Made by a program: the position numbers and the translations under genes. Below are positions 23,868-35,800 of a DNA stretch of 64,000 nucleotides, in pieces. The notes under the pieces were generated by a model. It searched no databases and had not been told where the DNA came from. It was given only the letters and a program-made list of their open reading frames with translations. The DNA is from Mobula hypostoma (taxonomy: Eukaryota), in assembly GCF_963921235.1 (NCBI RefSeq), contig NC_086107.1:96720001-96784000 (forward strand), written 5' to 3'. Position 1 is the first letter of the stretch. Every line of letters begins with the position of its first letter.

Positions 23868-26800
23868 CATAGAAACATAGAAACATAGAAAATAGGTGCA
23901 GGAGTAGGCCATTTGGCCCTTCGAGCCTGCACCGCCATTTATTATGATCATGGCTGATCATCCAACTCAGAACCCCGCCCCAGTCTTCCCTCCATATCCC
24001 CTGACCCCCGTAGCCACAAGGGCCATATCTAACTCCCTCTTAAATATAGCCAATGAACTGGCCTCAACAGTTTCCTGTGGCAGAGAATTCCACAGATTCA
24101 CCACTCTCTGTGTGAAGAAGTTTTTCCTAATCTCGGTCCTAAAAGGCTTCCCCTCTATCCTCAAACTGTGACCCCTCATTCTGGACTTCCCCAACATCAG
24201 GAACAATCTTCCTGCATCTAGCCTGTCCAATCCCTTTAGGATCTTATACGTTTCAATCAGATCCCCCCTCAATCTTCTAAATTCCAACGAGTACAAGCCC
24301 AATTCATCCAGTCTTTCATCATATGAAAGTCCTGCCATCCCAGGAATCAATCTGGTGAACCTTCTTTGTGCTCCCTCTATGGCAAAGATGTCTTTCCTCA
24401 GATTAGGGGACCAAAACTGTACACAATACTCCAGGTGTGGTCTCACCAAGGCCTTGTACAACTGCAGTAGTACCTCCCTGCTCCTGTACTCGAATCCTCT
24501 CGCTATAAATGCCAGCATACCGTTCGCCTTTTTCACCGCCTGCTGTACCTGCATGCCCACTTTCAATGACTGGTGTATAATGACACCCAGGTCTCGTTGC
24601 ACCTCCCCTTTTCCTAATCGGCCACCATTCAGATAATAATCTGTTTTCCTATTTTTGCCACCAAAGTGGATAACTTCACATTTATCCACATTAAATTGCA
24701 TCTGCCATGAATTTGCCCACTCACCCAACCTATCCAAGTCACCCTGCATCCTCTTAGCATCCTCCTCACTGCTAACACTGCCACCCAGCTTCGTGTCATC
24801 CGCAAACTTGGAGATGCTGCATTTAATTCCCTCATCCAAGTCATTAATATATATTGTAAACAACTGGGGTCCCAGCACTGAGCCTTGCGGTACCCCACTA
24901 GTCACCGCCTGCCACTCTGAAAAGGTCCCGTTTATTCCCACTCTTTGCTTCCTGTCTGCTAACCAATTCTCCACCCACACCAATACCTTACCCCCAATAC
25001 CGTGTGCTTTAAGTTTGCACACTAATCTCCTGTGTGGGACCTTGTCAAAAGCCTTTTGAAAATCCAAATATACCACATCCACTGGTTCTCCCCTATCCAC
25101 TCTACTAGTTACATCCTCAAAAAATTCTATGAGATTCGTCAGACATGATTTTCCTTTCACAAATCCATGCTGACTTTGTCCGATCATTTCACCGCTTTCC
25201 AAATGTGCTGTTATCACATCCTTGATAACTGACTCCAGCAGTTTCCCCACCACCGACGTTAGGCTAACCGGTCTATAATTCCCCGGTTTCTCTCTCCCTC
25301 CTTTTTTAAAAAGTGGGGTTACATTAGCCACCCTTCAATCCTCAGGAACTAGTCCAGAATCTAACGAGTTTTGAAAAATTATCACTAATGCATCCACTAT
25401 TTCTTGGGCTACTTCTTTAAGCACTCTAGGATGCAGACCATCTGGCCCTGGGGATTTATCTGCCTTCAATCCCTTCAATTTACCCAACACCACTTCCCTA
25501 CTAACATGTATTTCGCTCAGTTCCTCCATCTCACTGGACCCTCTGTCCCTTACTATTTCTGGAAGATTATTTATGTCCTCCTTAGTGAAGACAGAACCAA
25601 AGTAGTTATTCAATTGGTCTGCCATGTCCTTGCTCCCCATAATCAATTCACCTGTTTCTGTCTGCAGGGGACCTACATTTGTCTTTACCAGTCTTTTCCT
25701 TTTTACATATCTATAAAAGCTTTTACAGTCCGTTTTTATGTTCCCTGCCAGTTTTCTCTCATAATCTTTTTTCCCCTTCCTAATTAAGCCCTTTGTCCTC
25801 CTCTGCTGAACTCTGAATTTCTCCCAGTCCTCAGGTGAGCCACTTTCTCTGGCTAATTTGTATGCTTCTTCTTTGGAATTGATACTATCCCTAATTTCTC
25901 TTGTCAGCCATGGGTGCACTACCTTCCTTGATTTATTCTTTTGCCAAACTGGGATGAACAATTGTTGTAGTTCATCCATGCAACCTTTAAATGCTTGCAT
26001 TGCATATCCACCGTCAATCCTTTAAGTGTCATTTGCCAGTCTATCTTAGCTAATTCACGTCTCATACCTTCAAAGTCACCCCTCTTTAAGTTCAGAACCT
26101 TTGTTTCGGAATTAACTATGTCACTCTCCATCTTAATGAAGAATTCCACCATATTATGGTCACTCTTACCCAAGGGGCCTCTCACGACAAGATCGCTAAT
26201 TAACTCTTCCTCATTGCTCAAAACCCAGTCCAGAATAGCCTGCTCTCTAGTTGGTTCCTCGACATGTTGGTTCAAAAAACCATCCCGCATACATTCCAAG
26301 AAATCCTCTTCCTCAGCACCTTTACCAATTTGGTTCACCCAGTCTACATGTAGATTGAAGTCACCCATTATAACTGCTGTTCCTTTATTGCACACATTTC
26401 TAATTTCCTGTTTAATACCATCTCCGACCTCACTATTACTGTTAGGTGGCCTGTACACAACTCCCACCAGCGTCTTCTGCCCCTTGGTGTTACGCAGCTC
26501 TACCCATATCGATTCCACATCTTCCCGGCTTATGTCCTTCCTTCTATTGCGTTAATCTCTTCTTTAACCAGCAACGCCACCCCACCTCCCCTTCCTTCAT
26601 GTCTATCCCTCCTGAATATTGAATATCCCTGAACGTTGAGCTCCCATCCCTGGTCACCCTGGAGCCATGTCTCTGTGATCCCAACTATATCATAATCATT
26701 AATAACAATCTGCACTTTCAATTCATCCACCTTATTACGAATGCTCCTTGCATTGACACATAAAGCCTTCAGGCACTCTTTTACAACTCTCTTTGCCCTT

Positions 26801-28411
26801 ATACAATTATGTTGAAAAGTGGCCCTTTTTAATGCTTGCCCTGGATTTGTCGGCCTGCCACTTTTACTTTTCTCCTTTGTACTTTTTGCTTCTACCCTCA
26901 CTTTACACCCCTCTGTCTCTCTGCACTGGTTCCCATCCCTCTGTTGTGAACTAACCTCCTCACGCCTAGCCTCTTTAATTTGATTCCTACCCCCCAACCA
27001 TTCTAGTTTAAAGTCACCTCAGTAGCCCCCGCTAATCTCCCTGCCAGGATATTGGTCCCCCTAGGATTCAAGTGTAACCCGTCCTTTTTGTACAGGTCAC
27101 GCCTGCGCCAAAAGAGGTCCCAATGATCCAAAAACTTGAATCCCTGCCCCCTGCTCCAATCCCTCAGCCATGCATTTATCCTCCACCTCATCGCATTCCT
27201 ACTCTCACTGTCGCGTGGCACAGGCAGTAATCCCAAGATTACTACCTTTGCGGTCCTTTTTCTCAACTCCCTTCCTAGCTCCCTATATTCTCCTTTCAGG
27301 ACCTCATCCCTTTTCCTACCTATGTCATTGGTACCTATATGTACCACGACCTCTGGCTCCTCACCCTCCCACTTCAGGATATCTTGGACACGATCAGAAA
27401 TATCCCGGACCCTGGCACCAGGGAGGCAAACTACCATCCGTGTCTCTGGACTGCGTCCACAGAATCGCCTATCTGACCCCCTTACTATCGAGTCCCCTAT
27501 CACAACTGCCCTCCTCTTCCTTGCCCTACCCTTCTGAGCTACAGGGCCAGACTCTGTGCCGGAGGCACGGCCACTGTCGCTTTCCCCGGGTAAGCTGTCC
27601 CCCCCAACAGTACTCAAACAGGAGTACCTGTTGTCAAGGGGCACAGCCACCGGGGTACTCCCCATCACCTGACTTTTCCCCTTCCCCCTCCTAACCGTGA
27701 CCCACTTGTCTGCCTCCCGTGGCCCCGGCGTGACCACCTGCCTTTCACTCCTCTCTATCACCTCCTCGCTCTCCCTGACCAGACGAAGGTCATCGAGCTG
27801 CAGCTCCAGTTCCGTAACGCGGTCCCTTAGGAGCTGCATCTCGATGCACCTGGCGCAGATGTAGACGTCCGGGAGGCTTGGAGACTCCAGGGCCTCCCAC
27901 ATCCGACACCGAGAACAGCAAACTGCCCTCACAGTCATAATGCCCCTCTCCTCAAATAGCCACAGAAAATGAATGTCAAACCTTCCTCGCCTCGCCCGCT
28001 TCCGCCTAAGCCCGGTGAGCCGAAGCCCTTAAGTCTTCACTCTGCTCCCGGCTCACTCCGCCGCCCGCAAACTACACTGCCCGCTCTATGAGGCTTTGTT
28101 CCTTTTAAATCTGCCACGCTGCACTGCCCGACGTCACACGCCTGCGCAGTCCCGCCTCTCAGAAAGCCGTTGGAGGAAAAAAAATAACGAAAATTTCAAA
28201 AATATCCTTCTCGGCACTCCCACTCAGACTCTCAGACTCCTTCTTCGAATCAAACCCGAAGCAGGATGTCTGCCCTTTTAAATCTGCCGCGCTGCACTGC
28301 CCGACGTCACACGCCTGCGCAGTCCCACCTCTCAGAAAGCCGTTGGAGAAAAAAAAATAACGAAAATTTCAAAAATATCTTTCTCGGCACTCCCACTCAG
28401 ACTCCTTCTTC
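23868..28411 (-). mobile_element. Near-full-length CR1-clade LINE (ORF1 esterase + disrupted ORF2)
   Basis: (TTTCTATG)n-type tail at ~23868-23890. ORF1 27003-27938 with SGNH/GDS esterase motif. EN-RT ORF2 split into four pieces (26530-26997, 25919-26518, 25335-26000, 23967-25331) by two frameshifts and one stop. FADD motif present. Confidence 0.92.
27003..27938 (-). CDS. CR1 ORF1 (zinc-finger-like N-terminus + SGNH hydrolase)
   Basis: 311 aa open: CxxC motifs, coiled coil, VIGDSIVRG, VVVHIGTND, DGLHLN. Confidence 0.85.
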   Translation of the reverse strand: MTVRAVCCSRCRMWEALESPSLPDVYICARCIEMQLLRDRVTELELQLDDLRLVRESEEVIERSERQVVTPGPREADKWVTVRRGKGKSQVMGSTPVAVPLDNRYSCLSTVGGDSLPGESDSGRASGTESGPVAQKGRARKRRAVVIGDSIVRGSDRRFCGRSPETRMVVCLPGARVRDISDRVQDILKWEGEEPEVVVHIGTNDIGRKRDEVLKGEYRELGRELRKRTAKVVILGLLPVPRDSESRNAMRWRINAWLRDWSRGQGFKFLDHWDLFWRRRDLYKKDGLHLNPRGTNILAGRLAGATEVTLN

Positions 28412-29470
28412 TTTTTACGTTCTGTACCTGCTTACTGTCCGTTACGCTGCTGGCATTTCTGGCAGTAATGGAGGTCCCCCATCTCTGGTGGGGTTCAGGG
28501 CTTCCTTCATCGTGTCGGTAGCTTCCTCTCAGTTTTCACTCCTGTCAGCCATGCAAGTCCCAGGTGGAGACTCAGAAATACTGTTACACTCAGATGTAGA
28601 AGGATTTTTCATTGCTGTTGCAGTAATATTTTTGTTTGACCAGTCAAGATTGTTGGCTCTGAGCTGAACCCCTGAACCTGGAGGACCGGTGGACCACTCT
28701 TAGTCTGGCCTCTACCGCTTGACCAGTTTGACATGGGTGACCTGACAAGAGCCAAAGCACAAAGCCCTGACTCCAGCCAACATTGGTCTCTGGGTCACTG
28801 AAGCACGCAAGCCTCCAAACCACAACAAGGTTGAGGTCTTCCTGGAGGCCATATTCTGTACATTGTCTGAAACGACTTGCCTCTGATGCTGCCACAAGCA
28901 AGGTTTTCAAAGTACCCATAACTCAATGTACTAGTGCATATGGCTGGTACATTTCCTGCAGTAAACAGTGTCTACACTTTTTAAGTTTTTCAGTGGCTGT
29001 GAAAACTCTGAAGTGCCTTAGAAATGATTAATACAATCCTGCAGGTGCTGCAAATCAAGAATATAAACCGAAAAGGCGGTAAAACACTCAGCAGGTCCGG
29101 CAGTTTTGATGGACCGGGTCTTAACATCACCTCATGCTTGTGCTTTGTAATAAGCTGAGACATTGAGGTGACTGCAGAAGGCAAGTGAAAGTTTCAGTGC
29201 TGACTGCCTGCCTTTTCCACCACTGCTGGAGAAAGAGACTGTGAACGGACCGTCACTGTGTGGCTTACTGTGGCAGGCGGGTTGGCCTCTCTGCCTCATG
29301 TAGTGTCCTGCTCTTCTCTTCTGATGAATGTCGGTGATCTTGGAGGATGGTATCATGGTTCTGCGTTTATGAACTGTGGACCTTTTCAGACAAGGTTTTT
29401 ATATTTTGTCAACACACATCAAAGTTGCTGGTGAACGCAGCAGGCCAGGCAGCATCTATAGGAAGAGGCG

Positions 29471-29508
29471 CAGTCGACGTTTCAGGCCGAGACCCTTCGT
29501 CAGGACTA
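29471..29508 (-). ncRNA. Minimal type I hammerhead ribozyme motif (inverted copy)
   Basis: Exact reverse complement of 30247-30284. Confidence 0.75.
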
Positions 29509-30246
29509 ACTGAAGGAAGAGTGAGTAAGGGATTTGAAAGCTGGAGGGGGAGGGGGAGATGCAAAATGATAGGAGAAGACAGGAGGGGGAGGGATAGAGC
29601 CGAGAGCTGGACAGGTGATAGGCAAAAGGGGATACGAGAGGATCATGGGACAGGAGGTCCGGGAAGAAAGACGGGGGGGGGGTGACCCAGAGGATGGGCA
29701 AGAGGTATATTCAGAGGGACAGAGGGAGAAAAAGGAGAGCGAGAGAAAGAATGTGTGCATAAAAATGAGTAACAGCTGGGGTACGAGGGGGAGGTGGGGC
29801 CTAGCGGAAGCTAGAGAAGTCAATGTTCATGCCATCAGGTTGGAGGCTACCCAGACGGAATATAAGGTGTTGTTCCTCCAACACAACACCTTATATTCCG
29901 TCTGGGTAGCCTCCAACCTGATGGCATGAACATTGACTTCTCTAGCTTCCGCTAGGCCCCACCTCCCCCTCGTACCCCAGCTGTTACTCATTTTTATGCA
30001 CACATTCTTTCTCTCGCTCTCCTTTTTCTCCCTCTGTCCCTCTGAATATACCTCTTGCCCATCCTCTGGGTCACCCCCCCCCGTCTTTCTTCCCGGACCT
30101 CCTGTCCCATGATCCTCTCGTATCCCCTTTTGCCTATCACCTGTCCAGCTCTCGGCTCTATCCCTCCCCCTCCTGTCTTCTCCCATCATTTTGCATCTCC
30201 CCCTCCCCCTCCAGCTTTCAAATCCCTTACTCACTCTTCCTTCAGT

Positions 30247-30284
30247 TAGTCCTGACGAAGGGTCTCGGCCTGAAACGTCGACTG
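30247..30284 (+). ncRNA. Minimal type I hammerhead ribozyme motif
   Basis: TAGTC-CTGACGA-AGG(GTCTCGG)CCT-GAAAC-GTC|GACTG: intact core, stem I, stem II, palindromic ACGU stem III and GUC cleavage triplet. Confidence 0.75.
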
Positions 30285-31131
30285 CGCCTCTTCCTATAGA
30301 TGCTGCCTGGCCTGCTGCGTTCACCAGCAACTTTGATGTGTGTTGCTTGAATTTCCAGCATCTGCAGAATTCCTGTTGTTTGTTTTTATATTTTGTGCTT
30401 TTTTTTAATCGCCCATTCCTTTTCCATTTTGTTGTGCGAGAGGAGCGAGTTTGGGAGTCGATGTTCTGTTAATTTTTTGTGCAGGGGAGGGATTTTTTTT
30501 GGGGGGGTTTGATGTTCCTGTTCCTTCTTGTGCGAGGGAAGGGGGCTTTTGAAGGGTTGATGATCAGGATGCTGTTCCTTTTTGTACCGGGGTGGGGATT
30601 TGATGTCTCTCTCTGAACGACTTTCTTTCTTGTTCCGTGGCTACCTGGAGAAGACATATTTCAGAGTTGTATCTAGACACATGCTTTGATAATAAATGAA
30701 CCTTTGAAATATCAGATTTTTATTCAGTGCAACTACAATCCCATTAACTTTGACTCCCTTTTCAATAAATTTATCTTTATCCCACTAGATCTCATTTATT
30801 ATCTAACACATTTCCTCCCCCAACCCCCATGCACTGAATTCCCACTGCACGCCCTGAGCTGATTGACCTCATCAACTATCGTTTGCACACCTCCAGAGAC
30901 TGAAATCTTTTGTGGTTGTTTTGAATAACTGAGATACGAATCAGCACTATTTCCTGTTCTGTTTGACATAATGAATTAGCCTGAAGGGATTAGCACAACA
31001 CCATTAAACTAGGACAGGGCAAACTGAATTTTAATTCTGTAACCTGTTGTGTAGGTAGATTTGCATCATTTCCTCTCTGCTATGACCTCTTTCTCCCCAC
31101 TCACTTCACACCACCGCTGCCTGAGTTTATC

Positions 31132-32280
31132 TGTAAGGGTATACGCTGAGAGACGACTAATCCCGGGTGCGGAGGAACGACAAGCTCCTATGTGGAGACG
31201 CAAACAAGAGTTTATTCATTGGAATTCCAGCTGAACTTTGGTGGCTTCACCGAGTGACACCGTGAGTGGAACCATTCTCCAAACACACACACAAAGACCC
31301 TGTGATGAGCGCTAACTGAGAGTCCCCTTTAAATAACCGCAGTAGGCTGAAGACCCGTGCCAGTCAATATAAACTTGACAAAATTAAACAGAAAGCACAA
31401 GGGCTTAACAACTCTAGGTAAGACGTCAGTTAATAAAGGCGGGCAGGGGTCATGACAGTGCCTCCCTCCTTAAGATCGGCACCTGATTGCCCAGGGAGTC
31501 CTGGGGAGCTTGAGACAGGGCTGGTGAATTGGAGACAGACCTGATGCTCTTGGGACAGGGCTGGTAAGTGCGAAAGAGACCTGATACTCCTGAGACAGGG
31601 CTGGAAAGCTCAGGAACATTGCATACAACTTGGAAGCATTGCATATAACTCAGAAACATAGAATCAAACTCGGAAACATGGAATAATCCTCAGAAACCTG
31701 GAGTAGTCCTCAGGAACGTGGAATAGTTCTCAGAAACGTGCGGGGGGGGTGGGTCATGGGAGACACAGGAAACCTTGATGACCTTGAATATAGACTAGAG
31801 AAGTTTGGAATGTGCATTCGAGAAACTTGGAAGGTATCCTCGGGACAAGCACTGAGGATAGAAGGAACCCTCACCTCCAGCTGACCGATGTCCAAGCCAC
31901 TGTTGAACTTCTGCTGGGTCCATTTAGATGGTGGGTCTTTCTGTCATGGTGTGTGCTGACAGACGACTGAACCCCTCTGTGGAGGAGCAACAAACTCCTG
32001 TGTTGAGCCAGGAACAAGAATTCCACCAGAACCCCAACCAAACTTTGATGGCTGGACTAAGCGACACCGCTAGTCGAATCATTCTCCAAACACACAGACA
32101 CACAAAGACCCTGCGATGAGCGCTAATTGAGAGTCTGCTTTAGATCGTCGCTGTAGGCTGAAAACCCGTGCCAGTTAAAATAAATCTTGACAAAATTACA
32201 TAAACAGCACAAGGGCTTAGTGGCTCCAGATAAAATGACAATGAACAAATAGAGGTACAAGGATGATAGGAGTCATGACA
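31132..32280 (-). mobile_element. Internally deleted Ty3/Gypsy-type LTR element
   Basis: Two diverged TG..CA LTRs (31132-31457, 31942-32280), PPT-like AAGGAGGGAGG beside the left LTR, gag-like start MDPAEVQQW near 31927, flanks TTATC/GTATC (imperfect 5-bp TSD). Confidence 0.65.
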
Positions 32281-32309
32281 GTATCTGTTTAGTGACCTCA
32301 GCCTCCAAT

Positions 32310-32812
32310 CACTCGCGGTTGATCAGAAATTCGCTGGTCATTTTCAGGAAGCCTAATTGGCTCCTGTATGGACACTTCACCTGTGAGTCTGTTGGGGTCA
32401 TCTACTGTATCCGGTGCTTCCAGTGTGGCCTCCTGTATATCAATGAGACCCGATGTAGATTGGGAGACCGCTTCGTCCACCAGAAAGAGCAGGATCTTCC
32501 AGTGACTGCCCAATTCAATTCTACTTCCCATTCCCATTCTGACATGTCAGTCCATGGCCTCCTCTACTGCTGCGATGAGGCCACAATCAAGTTGGAGGAG
32601 CAACACCTTATATTCTGTCTGGGTAGCCTCCAACCTGATGGCATGAACATCAATTTCTCAAACTTCTGGTAATGCCCCCCTCCCCCTTCACCTCTCTGCA
32701 TTGCCATTTCCCTCTTTCACCTTATCTCCTTACCTGCCCATCACTTCCCTCTGGTGCTCCTCCCCCTTGCTTTTCTTCCCTGGGCTTCTGTCCTCTCCTA
32801 TTGGATTTCCCC
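32310..32812 (+). mobile_element. Penelope-like 3' fragment (GIY-YIG), continued at 37071-37370 after the L1
   Basis: GVIYCIRCFQCGLLYINETRCRLGDRF...KLEEQHLIFCLGSLQPDGMN. Continuation carries a decayed hammerhead at ~37231-37268. Confidence 0.85.
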
Positions 32813-35800
32813 ATATACATTATTGAAGTACTGGTTGCGTCCTTTTCCCCGGTATCTTTTGTATGTTCTGTTTCCTCTCCGGGTTTGTGGGTCGCGCCTA
32901 TTGTCAATCCTCCTTGTTGTGGGTTGACTTTAGGATTTATGGAGTCTATTATTAATTTTGTCTCCTGGAATACTAATGGTCTTAATCATCCTATTAAAAG
33001 AAAAAAAGTTTTTAAAGTGTTCCGGAGACTTAAAGCACAAATTTTATTTTTACAAGAGACCCATGTACGGAGGGGGGACAGACTACGTTTTTTCAAATTC
33101 TGGAAGGGCCAACAATTTCATTCGAACTCCAATGCTAAGATTCGAGGCGTCTCTATTTTTATAGATTCCTCAGTTACTTTTATACAACAGGATATTATCT
33201 CTGATCCGAATGGTAGATTTTTATTGGTTAGTGGTTTACTATTTAATAAAAAAGTAGTTTTGGTTAATGTTTATGCTCCTAATATGGATTGTCCGGAATT
33301 TTATAAATCATTGTTTGATCAGTTTCCGAATTTGAACGAGTTTTCATTGATTTGGGGCGGAGATCTTAATACCTGTTTATCTCCAGCTTTGGACCGTTCG
33401 GCTCCTTTACGGACTTTACCTAATAAATCTGCAAATTTGATTAATTTTTTCCTTTCTGATTCTGGGTCGACGGATATTTGGCGTTTTCTGCATCCTCAGG
33501 AAAAAGATTTTTCCTTTTTTTCACATGTTCATCATTCCTATTCAAGAATTGATTATTTTTTTATTGATTCTCGTCTCATTCCTTCAGTGATTAAATGTGA
33601 TTATGATTCTATAACCATTTCGGATCATGCTCCACTTAAGCTTTCTATTAAAATTATGGCCAATATACCAAACAATAGACAATGGCGTTTTAATTCGCTG
33701 TTGCTTCAGGACTCGGACTTTGTTAATTTTATGAATGAACAGATTGAGCTTTTTTTTATAATTAACCATACAGAAGATATTTCGGTTAACACTCTTTGGG
33801 ACACTTTTAAAGCCTATATTCGGGGTCAGATTATTTCGTATTCCGTTGCTTTGAGGAAGAAACAGAAGCAGGAGGAGATGGCAATTGTGGACAAGATTAA
33901 AGAAATTGATAAGAAATATGTTATGGCTCCTTCTGAGGAGCTATACAAACAAAGAACTGAACTCCAAATGGAACACAGTTTACTACTCTCGTCCTCGATT
34001 GTAAACCAATTAAAGAAAACAAGAAGTGATTTTTATGTTCACAGTGATAAAATTGGCAAGTTGCTGGCTAATCAATTGAAATCTAATTATGTTAAATCTC
34101 AAATCAATCAGATTTATAACCAAAATGATCGATTGATATTGGATCATGTGGGGATTAATCAAACCTTTTGTGATTTTTATTCTTCTTTATATCAATCGGA
34201 GTCTCCTCGAGATTCTAAATATATGAATGATTTTTTAGATAAGTTAGACTTTCCTCAGATTTCACAGGATATGTCTTCTTTATTAGATACTTCCATTACA
34301 ATGGATGAGATTAAGAATGTTATTTTTTCTATGAATCTGGGGAAAGCTCCTGGCCCTGATGGGTTTACCGTTGAATTTTATAAATGTTTTGCTTCTTTAT
34401 TGATTCCTTGGCTCTATAAGGTTTTTGAGGCTTCTTTGAAACTTGGTAAACTTCCGGAATCTTTTAATAGAGCATCAATTTCTTTAATACTAAAGAAGGA
34501 TAAAGACCCTGCTCAATGTGCATCTTATAGACCAATATCTTTATTAAATGTTGATTCTAAAGTTTTTTCTAAGTTATTAGCAAATAGACTAGAAAAAGTA
34601 CTTCCTTCTATTATTTCGGAAGACCAAACGGGTTTTATTAAAGGTCGTTACTCTTTTTATAATATTCGTACATTGTTAAATATCGTTTATACTCCCTCAC
34701 AAAATGTTCCTGAGTGTGTTATTTCTTTAGATGCCGAGAAAGCTTTTGATAGAGTAGAATGGCCTTATTTATTTAAGGTGCTTGAAATGTTTAATTTTAG
34801 CCTGAAATTTATATCCTGGATTAAACTGTTATATCACTCCCCTGTAGCCTCGGTTCGTACTAACTCTTTAAACTCACCTTTTTTTCCTCTCTTTCGTGGT
34901 ACTCGACAAGGCTGTCCTCTTAGTCCCCTATTATTTGATATTGCATTAGAACCTCTTGCAATTGCTATTCGAGAATCTTCAAATATTACTGGGATAACTC
35001 GGGGATTAAAGTCCCATAAATTATCACTCTATGCTGATGATTTACTTTTATATATTTCTAATCCTGAGAGATCTATTCCTGCTGTTTTAGAGTTATTAGC
35101 ACAATTTGGTCTTTTCTCAGGTTATAAATTAAATCTTAGTAAGAGTGAACTTTTTCCGATTAATAAACATCTTCCCTTATATTATAAATTTCCATTTAAA
35201 TTGATTAATAATTACCTTTCATATCTTGGGATTAAAATTACTTGTAAACATAAAGATTTATTTAAGACTAACTTTTTACCATTAATAGACCATATTACTC
35301 AACTTTCATCTAAATGGTTTCCTTTATATTTAACTTTGATTGGTCGTATTAATGCAGTTAAGATGTTTTTTTTGCCAAAATTTTTATATGTGTTTCAGGC
35401 ATTACCAATTTTCGTTCCTAAATCTTTTTTTGATAAAGTCGACTCTAAAATTTCTTCATTTATTTGGCAGAATAAGAATCCGAGACTGGGTAAAATACAT
35501 TTACAGAAAGCTAAGAGAGATGGAGGTTTAGCATTACCTAACTTTAGATTTTATTATTGGGCTATTAATATTCGACATATGAAATTTTGGTTACTTGACC
35601 GGGATATACTATCTATTCCTAAATGGGTAGCATTGGAATTACAATCTGTTCAGGGTTATACACTTGGTTCTATTTTAGGTTCATCTCTTCCTTTTGATTC
35701 GAAACGCCTTAAGCAGGTCTCTAACCCGATCGTTAAATATGCTTTGCGTATTTGGTTTCAATTCAGAAAATTTTTTGATCTTAATCAATTCGGGTTAGCG

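Larger units (their letters stand above)
29410..30382. mobile_element. Penelope-like element fold-back (inverted pseudo-LTR palindrome)
   Basis: Arms 29410-29873 and 29883-30345 are near-perfect inverted copies with a 9-nt spacer. They encode the GIY-YIG C-terminal remnant NTLYSVWVASNLMA / HLIFRLGSLQPDGMN. 15-bp TSD GTTTTTATATTTTGT at 29395-29409 and 30382-30396. Confidence 0.88.

Noticed and set aside
32672-32938. 89-codon N-terminal extension of the 1347-aa ORF
   Set aside because: It crosses the TSD and comes from the Penelope-like target sequence. The real ORF2 starts near 32939.
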